Positions 58,731-64,000 of a stretch of 64,000 nucleotides of DNA are shown piece by piece (position 1 is the first letter of the stretch; every line of letters begins with the position of its first letter). A program made the position numbers and the translations under genes. The notes below the pieces were generated by a model, which had not been told where the DNA came from, did no database searches, and saw only the letters and a list, made by a program, of their open reading frames with translations. Origin of the DNA: Candidatus Latescibacterota bacterium (GTDB lineage Bacteria > Latescibacterota > UBA2968 > UBA8231). The stretch lies in the NCBI GenBank assembly GCA_965208105.1, contig OZ242318.1, positions 2,464,001-2,528,000 of the forward strand, read 5' to 3'.

Positions 58731-58817
58731 GCCCAACGCAGAGATGACCTGTTGGCGGACCACCAGCCATTTCATGTGATCAGTTCGTAGCCGACTCATC
58801 TCGGCATATGTCGAGGC
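58731..58817 (-). other. Degenerate attC-like site
   Basis: Minus strand GCCTCGAC..GAGATGA...TCATCTC..GTTGGGC, between a stop codon and the next gene start. Confidence 0.45.
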
Positions 58818-58838
58818 GATCGACCGGCGCCTCCACAC

Positions 58839-59885
58839 TCAGGCTCCGGTGAGGCGATGGACGTTACGCAGGCGCACGGTCGTGAGTCCACAGGAACATG
58901 GATCGTCAACAAGAGTGGCACCATCGCCGTTTGCCAGCCGAAAGAGCTGTGAGCCTCGGTGAACTTCTGATTGGCCAGTGCTGTCTGCTCCAGAGAGACG
59001 CGTGACAACGAGCCGGCCAGACTGCCCGCTTTCCACCCGCACACCCAGATCATCGACGACCTCTACAAGAACGTAACCTTGAGCAACGTGATAGTCACCG
59101 GGATGATCCGGGCACGATATGGCGAAGACTCCGAACTCAGATGAACCGTACAAGTTGCTTACGGACTCGACTCCCTGGCCCTTGGCCCTGCTCACAGTGT
59201 CTTCTGTGAATCCCCCGCTGGATCCCACCCACCAGCGTACGGCAAACTGCTTGAGCAAGTCCGGATTACCGGCTAGAAGCTCGGCCAAACCAACACCCTT
59301 ACCTCGCAAAGTTTGCTCCGGAAGAACGAGCGTATCGAACTCGAACAGTGACATCTGCTCGGCCGTCGAGAATTGCTCTTCAGGATGATGACTCCGGTCG
59401 TAGACCGTTCCGCCCAGTCGCTGGAGGGCCGCATGATACATTGGCCCCGTCAGATGTCCCTGGCCGTAGCCGTTGAAGACTGTCGGCGACTGCATCGGAC
59501 TCTGTGGCCGGAGCATACGCGCGGCCGACACCACCAACCCCGCCCAATCGGTCTTCGTCCACATGGAAACGGTCGATCGGCCTGTGGTCCCACTCGTCCA
59601 GCGACAGACTTCCACTTGGCCGCTGCTGCTTGCTGGCAACAGCTCGCCTGGAGGCAAGCCGCGGAGCTCTGCCTTCTCCAGAAGAGGGAAGCGCCCAAGA
59701 TCGGACAGCTCCCCAAGCTGGCTCTCATCGATCGAGACCGCTTCAAGACGCTCGGTCCAAAAGGGGACACTGTCCCGCATGAAGGCGATCTGGCGTCGTA
59801 CGGCATCGACGAGAGCAGCGTCGCGATCTGCGGGTTCGCAGGTGTCCAGCGAGGGATCGTCTAGTCGCATACTGACTCGCATCAA
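58839..59885 (-). CDS. Phenylacetate-CoA ligase-like (PaaK family) adenylate-forming protein
   Basis: FPLLEKAELR, WTSGTTGR, NLYGSSE, VLVEVVD, GRLVVT, DPCSCG. Confidence 0.75.
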   Translation of the reverse strand: MMRVSMRLDDPSLDTCEPADRDAALVDAVRRQIAFMRDSVPFWTERLEAVSIDESQLGELSDLGRFPLLEKAELRGLPPGELLPASSSGQVEVCRWTSGTTGRSTVSMWTKTDWAGLVVSAARMLRPQSPMQSPTVFNGYGQGHLTGPMYHAALQRLGGTVYDRSHHPEEQFSTAEQMSLFEFDTLVLPEQTLRGKGVGLAELLAGNPDLLKQFAVRWWVGSSGGFTEDTVSRAKGQGVESVSNLYGSSEFGVFAISCPDHPGDYHVAQGYVLVEVVDDLGVRVESGQSGRLVVTRLSGADSTGQSEVHRGSQLFRLANGDGATLVDDPCSCGLTTVRLRNVHRLTGA

Positions 59886-60688
59886 TCCAGTGGAAGACTC
59901 GCCTCGAAGCGCTCGACTTCGGGATAACTCGTGTTGCCGCGCAAAAGGCGACCCAGGCGGGGCTTGCGATTGTTGTAGACCTCGACGGCGTCAGCATCAG
60001 CATACCGCAAAAATAAGATGCGTCGGTCATGATCTTTTGATCGGTTACCTTCAGAGTGATGGAGTAGGTGACAGTGTAAAAACAAACATTCACCGGCCTT
60101 CATCGGGATCGGAATCGAGCCGCTTTCCTCTACCTCCAATTCGACGGGACGTAAGGCACGGCGATCTTCATCAGAAAGATCGAATTCCCTCTGCCCTTCC
60201 TTATGGCTGCCGGGAATGAGCCACAAGCAACCGTTTTCGAGGTTCGCGTCATCTAGAGTGGTCAGGCAACTTATGGCGTTGCTGGGATCCAGCTCACCGT
60301 AGACATTGTCCTGGTGCCAAGCGAACGGCATCGTGTTGCCGCGCATCTTGAACGTCAATTGTGACGTCGCGGCCTTGATGTTTGGCCCCAACACTTGCTC
60401 TGCAGCGTCCACCATAGGCCCACTGAAATAATACTTGCGGACCACGTCGGACTGGTGATGGATGTCGGGCAAAAGGGCGTTCTGTAGCCATGTCTTGTTC
60501 GGATCAAAGGGCCCCTTCTCAGCGACCCAGGCTTCCATGACCTGACCCAGCATTTGCTCTAAACCCTTGTTCGTCAGAGTTCTTCCGACATTCAAATAGC
60601 CCTGCTCAGAATACTGTTCCAATTGCTGACCCGTGAGCTTGGGATAGATGAATAGATCGGAATGTCGTCGGCTAGAGAGTTCGGCCAT
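59882..60688 (-). CDS. PhyH family Fe/2OG dioxygenase
   Basis: WHQD, DDANLENGCLWLIPGSH, GECLFLHCHLLHHS.GN. Confidence 0.9.
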   Translation of the reverse strand: MAELSSRRHSDLFIYPKLTGQQLEQYSEQGYLNVGRTLTNKGLEQMLGQVMEAWVAEKGPFDPNKTWLQNALLPDIHHQSDVVRKYYFSGPMVDAAEQVLGPNIKAATSQLTFKMRGNTMPFAWHQDNVYGELDPSNAISCLTTLDDANLENGCLWLIPGSHKEGQREFDLSDEDRRALRPVELEVEESGSIPIPMKAGECLFLHCHLLHHSEGNRSKDHDRRILFLRYADADAVEVYNNRKPRLGRLLRGNTSYPEVERFEASLPLD

Positions 60689-60690
60689 AG

Positions 60691-60753
60691 GCGTTAATTT
60701 TGGGTGTTCAGCGGCGGCGAGAAGCGCCGTCCGGCTGCTGTAACTAGTTGTGC
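60691..60753 (-). other. Degenerate short attC-like site
   Basis: Minus strand GCACAAC-TAGTTA-CAGCAGCCGGACGGC..GCCGCCGCTGAAC..ATTAACGC; overlaps the upstream stop and ends 2 nt before the next ATG. Confidence 0.5.
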
Positions 60754-61430
60754 GAAATCAGTCTCTGCTCGATGCGCCTGACGGTGCCAAGCTTTCCCAA
60801 AGCCAGCGCATTGAAACTATCCAATTCGTAGGGCCAATCATTGGCGAGTAATCGCGCGAATCGATGGCACTCCATGTGAAAGTTCAGCACCTCGGAATCA
60901 TCCCTTACTCCAAACTTCCTACCGTAGGGAGTTCGCTTAAACGCTGATAGATGCTCCTTGAAACGCACGCCTCGCTCTTCAGCAAGTTTGGCAATTCTAT
61001 CTAGCCAATCGGGTTGCTCCAAAAAGATCAGATACGGACAACAGGGACGAATGGCGTCAACAAAGCGACGATAATAATCTCTGCAATCATCGCGCGTGCC
61101 AAGCATCTTGAGCATGTTTCCGATGGTCAGATGGAAAGGATATCCTTCCATGACCACGCAGAGGTCTCCACTTCGGACTGTGTCAACCAATGCTGACGTC
61201 TTTTTCAGGATGCGTCTGATAAACCTTTGTGAATCGTATGGCGCCTCGATCACCTCATTCTCAATTGCACCATCCCCCCAAGTCCAAAACGAATTCAGGG
61301 GGTTGTCGTGTTCGTTGTAGAATTCGACCTTCGTGCCGATCTGCGCGATCTTAGAGTGCTTGAGCGCCTCGACGGTAGTGGTCTTTCCTGCACCCGACAG
61401 TCCTTCAATGAAAACCAACCTTGAATTCAT
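60744..61430 (-). CDS. P-loop NTPase / thymidylate-kinase-like protein (cassette-like, lower GC)
   Basis: LVFIEGLSGAGKTT; start at 61430 or 61442. Confidence 0.7.
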   Translation of the reverse strand: MNSRLVFIEGLSGAGKTTTVEALKHSKIAQIGTKVEFYNEHDNPLNSFWTWGDGAIENEVIEAPYDSQRFIRRILKKTSALVDTVRSGDLCVVMEGYPFHLTIGNMLKMLGTRDDCRDYYRRFVDAIRPCCPYLIFLEQPDWLDRIAKLAEERGVRFKEHLSAFKRTPYGRKFGVRDDSEVLNFHMECHRFARLLANDWPYELDSFNALALGKLGTVRRIEQRLISHN

Positions 61431-61529
61431 TTGTAGCCTCATGACTCGGCCTATATCTCGGTGGCGAATCGGGCTTCGGTGCGGAGGTAGCTGCGCCATC
61501 CCCCTGGCACCTTCGCAAGGATCGCTAAG

Positions 61530-61838
61530 TATAGGTAAAATGAGGCACCTTTTTGGCCCTCTTGTCAATGCGCCGAACACACCCAAGGGGCACAGGGTAA
61601 GCTTGCTGATGATCGTTTGCAGGTCGTTGGGCAGGGCTCGCAGTACGGTTCGGTCAGGGCCCGTCGCAGGCGCTGACCCGAGCGTGCCCCGGTGGCGATG
61701 AGTCCTCGCACCGAAGCCGCGGTGAGAGCCGCCAGCACGGGCTCCTCGGCGGCGAGCGGATCGGCTTGAGTGTCGTCGAGCAGGCCGTGTCGGCTACACA
61801 GGCGGATGATGAGGCGCGCACTCGTCTCCACGATCTGC
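61530..61838 (-). mobile_element. ISCR/IS91-like remnant R8
   Basis: oriIS end joined to a central transposase segment IVETSARLIIRLCSRHGLL...LAALTAASVRGLIATGARSG. Confidence 0.8.
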
Positions 61839-62267
61839 GCTCAGAGCGGCATCGCGCGTGCCTATCGGCACGGGGGAAAAGATTCAGGGGTACCGCGATT
61901 GGTTCCCCTTTATCGTCGATGGCGGCATCGACGTGTTACACCCCGATCTGTGCTGGTGCGGCGGCATCAGCGGCGGTCGCAAGATTGCCGAGCTGGCCGA
62001 TCACTACGGCCTGCCGGTGGCGCTGCACAACTGCGGTACGCTGGTGCACAATATGGCCAACGTCCATTTCGGAGCCTGTGTGCGCAATTTCAGCATGAGC
62101 GAAACTCGACTCTACGAACGTCAGTACATCGCCGAGATGGGGGGCTCGATGGCTTCGATCTGATCGACGGCAAAATGGCGGTGCCCAACGGGCCGGGACT
62201 AGGTATTGAACTGGTGCTCGAAGTACTGCGCGCCGAACTCATGGAAGGCGAGCCCTTCTGGGAATGA
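61837..62267 (+). pseudogene. Near-identical copy of the 3' third of the enolase-family gene at 26388..27572, with a frameshift
   Basis: Matches 27141-27572 with few substitutions and a G7 to G6 deletion; ends at the same TGA. Confidence 0.9.
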
Positions 62268-62281
62268 CGGTCGGGTCCGAG

Positions 62282-63988
62282 CTATGGTTCAGAACAAAAC
62301 ACCAGCAGCTCGCATTTTTCCACCGACGGCCAATTGGGTCCCACCCCGGGTCCGATTCGGTGCCAGCCGCTGGGGGATTGGATGCCTTCGAGAAGGACCA
62401 GCACCCGGTTTTCTCCGTTGATCAAGGGCGGATCGTCGACGATCAACCAGGACGCGCCACTCGAGTTCTCGATGCTCCGCGCCGCGCCCAGGTCGAAGCT
62501 GGTTCCATTCACTTCGCAGGTGAGTCGATCGAGACTCATCTCGTGCTCGCGCAGCTGCAGGCGGAGCTCGGTCTTGCGGATGCGGCCGCTGGCCAGCCCT
62601 TCTTCCACGTCGTCTGCCACGCACAGACGCATGGCGTGAAGCGGTCCGGCGCCGCGTCCGCGAATCGCAACCTTGAACGGAATCTGCGCTTCGAAGTCGC
62701 CGGCATGCTTCAATGCGCACAGGTTGTAGCAACGGTTCAGCCGTGACAAGCGTTCTGGATCGGCGAGATCGCGCAACAATTGGAGATCTTTGCGGGTGAA
62801 ACGGTCCGATCCGTGCCCCCCCATGCGCCCTTTGAACAGCGGCGGGTATTCCACCTCGGGAAGATCGCACGGGTCCTCGGGATCGACTGGCCGGGCCCGA
62901 ACGTTGCCGTAGTCGTAGTTGAACAGATGCACGCCAGCAGCGCCCTGTCGATAGGCATTCAGGGCGATACCTCGCCTGACTGTTGGCTGGCCTGACTCGT
63001 ACCCTTCCTGCGGCGAAGCGGGCGGGACCGCGGTGGAGCCGACATAGACCAGGGCTCCGGTGCTCTTGGCGGCGGCCACCGCCCGCGGAACATCGTTCTC
63101 CAGCTTGCCCGTGTGTGAAACGGCTACCATGTCCACGAAACCCTCCCGGATCCAGTGTTCAGCATCCAGACCCTGCTCGGCACACGCGTCAAAACTGGAC
63201 GCGATCCGACAAAGAAGCCTGATCTCGCTTCCTCTGCGCTTTTCATGTGCGCGCACAACCTCGCGCGCGCGTCCCATGAACCTGTTCATGGTGCCGATAT
63301 GTTTGAATCCCTGAAAGCGCCGGAAGAAAGGGAAGTTGCGACAAAAATCCAGCTCCAGACCATCGACCTCGTAGCGGGTCAACACCTCGTCGAAGCGGCC
63401 GAGGAAGCGGTCGTGCACTTCGTCGAGGGCCCAGTTCCACTGCCAGCAGAAGTTGAATCCGCGGCCGTTCCCTTCGAGCTCGCCAGCCCCGATCATGAGG
63501 TGTTGGTTTTCCAGCGCGAACTTGGAGCGCCGGCCGTCGGCCATGCGGTGTTCGGTGTTGGCGTTGGCGGCGTTCATGCGGAACGACGCGAAGATCCCCA
63601 AACTGAGTTCCCGGGCGCGATCGACGTATAGCTGGTAGACGTCGTGACCATCGTCGACCATCGCCCGCAGAGCCATCTGCAGCAGGTCGTTGGGTTCGAG
63701 ATTAAGGGCAGCCTTCGATCGCGGCTCGCCGCTTTCGGTGAGCAGATCGTCGATACTGTAACCAAGCGTGTCGCCCCAAAGCTCGCCGTACGGGCTGCCG
63801 CGCCAGCTGAGGTCGTCGTCCACACCGACGAGGGCGCAGATCACGTCGACCCCAGTGTCGGCGAGAGGGATCATCAACTCGGTAACATCCTCTGGATGGC
63901 GCCGCCGCAGGTACTTGAAAGCCTGGCAGCCATCAAAATTCATCAGGATGCGCGGGGGCCAACGATACAGTTGGTCATTGGGACTCAT
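62282..63988 (-). CDS. Glycoside hydrolase-like TIM-barrel protein (GHL10-like)
   Basis: NFDG, IFASFRMN, YEVDGLELDFCR, GLDAEHWIREG, GVHLFNY. Confidence 0.7.
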   Translation of the reverse strand: MSPNDQLYRWPPRILMNFDGCQAFKYLRRRHPEDVTELMIPLADTGVDVICALVGVDDDLSWRGSPYGELWGDTLGYSIDDLLTESGEPRSKAALNLEPNDLLQMALRAMVDDGHDVYQLYVDRARELSLGIFASFRMNAANANTEHRMADGRRSKFALENQHLMIGAGELEGNGRGFNFCWQWNWALDEVHDRFLGRFDEVLTRYEVDGLELDFCRNFPFFRRFQGFKHIGTMNRFMGRAREVVRAHEKRRGSEIRLLCRIASSFDACAEQGLDAEHWIREGFVDMVAVSHTGKLENDVPRAVAAAKSTGALVYVGSTAVPPASPQEGYESGQPTVRRGIALNAYRQGAAGVHLFNYDYGNVRARPVDPEDPCDLPEVEYPPLFKGRMGGHGSDRFTRKDLQLLRDLADPERLSRLNRCYNLCALKHAGDFEAQIPFKVAIRGRGAGPLHAMRLCVADDVEEGLASGRIRKTELRLQLREHEMSLDRLTCEVNGTSFDLGAARSIENSSGASWLIVDDPPLINGENRVLVLLEGIQSPSGWHRIGPGVGPNWPSVEKCELLVFCSEP

Positions 63989-64000
63989 ACGTTCTCACAG

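Noticed and set aside
24387-61831. Recurrent short ORFs such as CKRSSASLPCPLGVFGALTRG / LQTIICKLTLPLGCVRR as a peptide family
   Set aside because: They are translations of the non-coding element end in varying frames, with no consistent start or RBS.
24480-61838. The dispersed repeats as a CRISPR array or a structured ncRNA family
   Set aside because: Copies are kilobases apart, vary from 45 to about 460 bp and are joined to transposase codons; no cas genes are present.

Overview
GC-rich bacterial window with no rRNA, tRNA or CRISPR array seen. The gene content (several beta-propeller and TIM-barrel glycoside-hydrolase-like genes, sulfatase, PhyH dioxygenases, DUF6785-like membrane protein, ~980-aa acidic-repeat outer-membrane proteins, serpin, ankyrin) suggests a Latescibacterota/Poribacteria-like heterotroph; this is inference only. 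Three zones. (1) 1-11 kb: metabolic genes plus a convergent type II restriction-modification pair whose leaderless methylase promoter contains two GACGTC palindromes. (2) 11.3-23.3 kb: a lower-GC island encoding a TlpA thioredoxin, a lipoprotein fusing a degenerate peptidase, a UshA-like domain and a tetraheme cytochrome c, and two tandem modules of [Cys-rich peptide with near-invariant 45-aa leader and variable core + large outer-membrane protein + IS3 left-end remnant]. This is the best candidate for an undescribed peptide system. (3) 23.3-64 kb: a mosaic of unrelated gene blocks and gene scraps, punctuated by nine co-oriented remnants of one ISCR/IS91-like rolling-circle element, several integron attC-like sites without an integrase, an IS630 element in xylB and its cognate 94-bp MITE. 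Candidate cis-RNAs include an antisense sRNA at 11.4 kb and a pseudoknotted leader at 55.3 kb. All calls come from reading motifs by eye; no database search was run.
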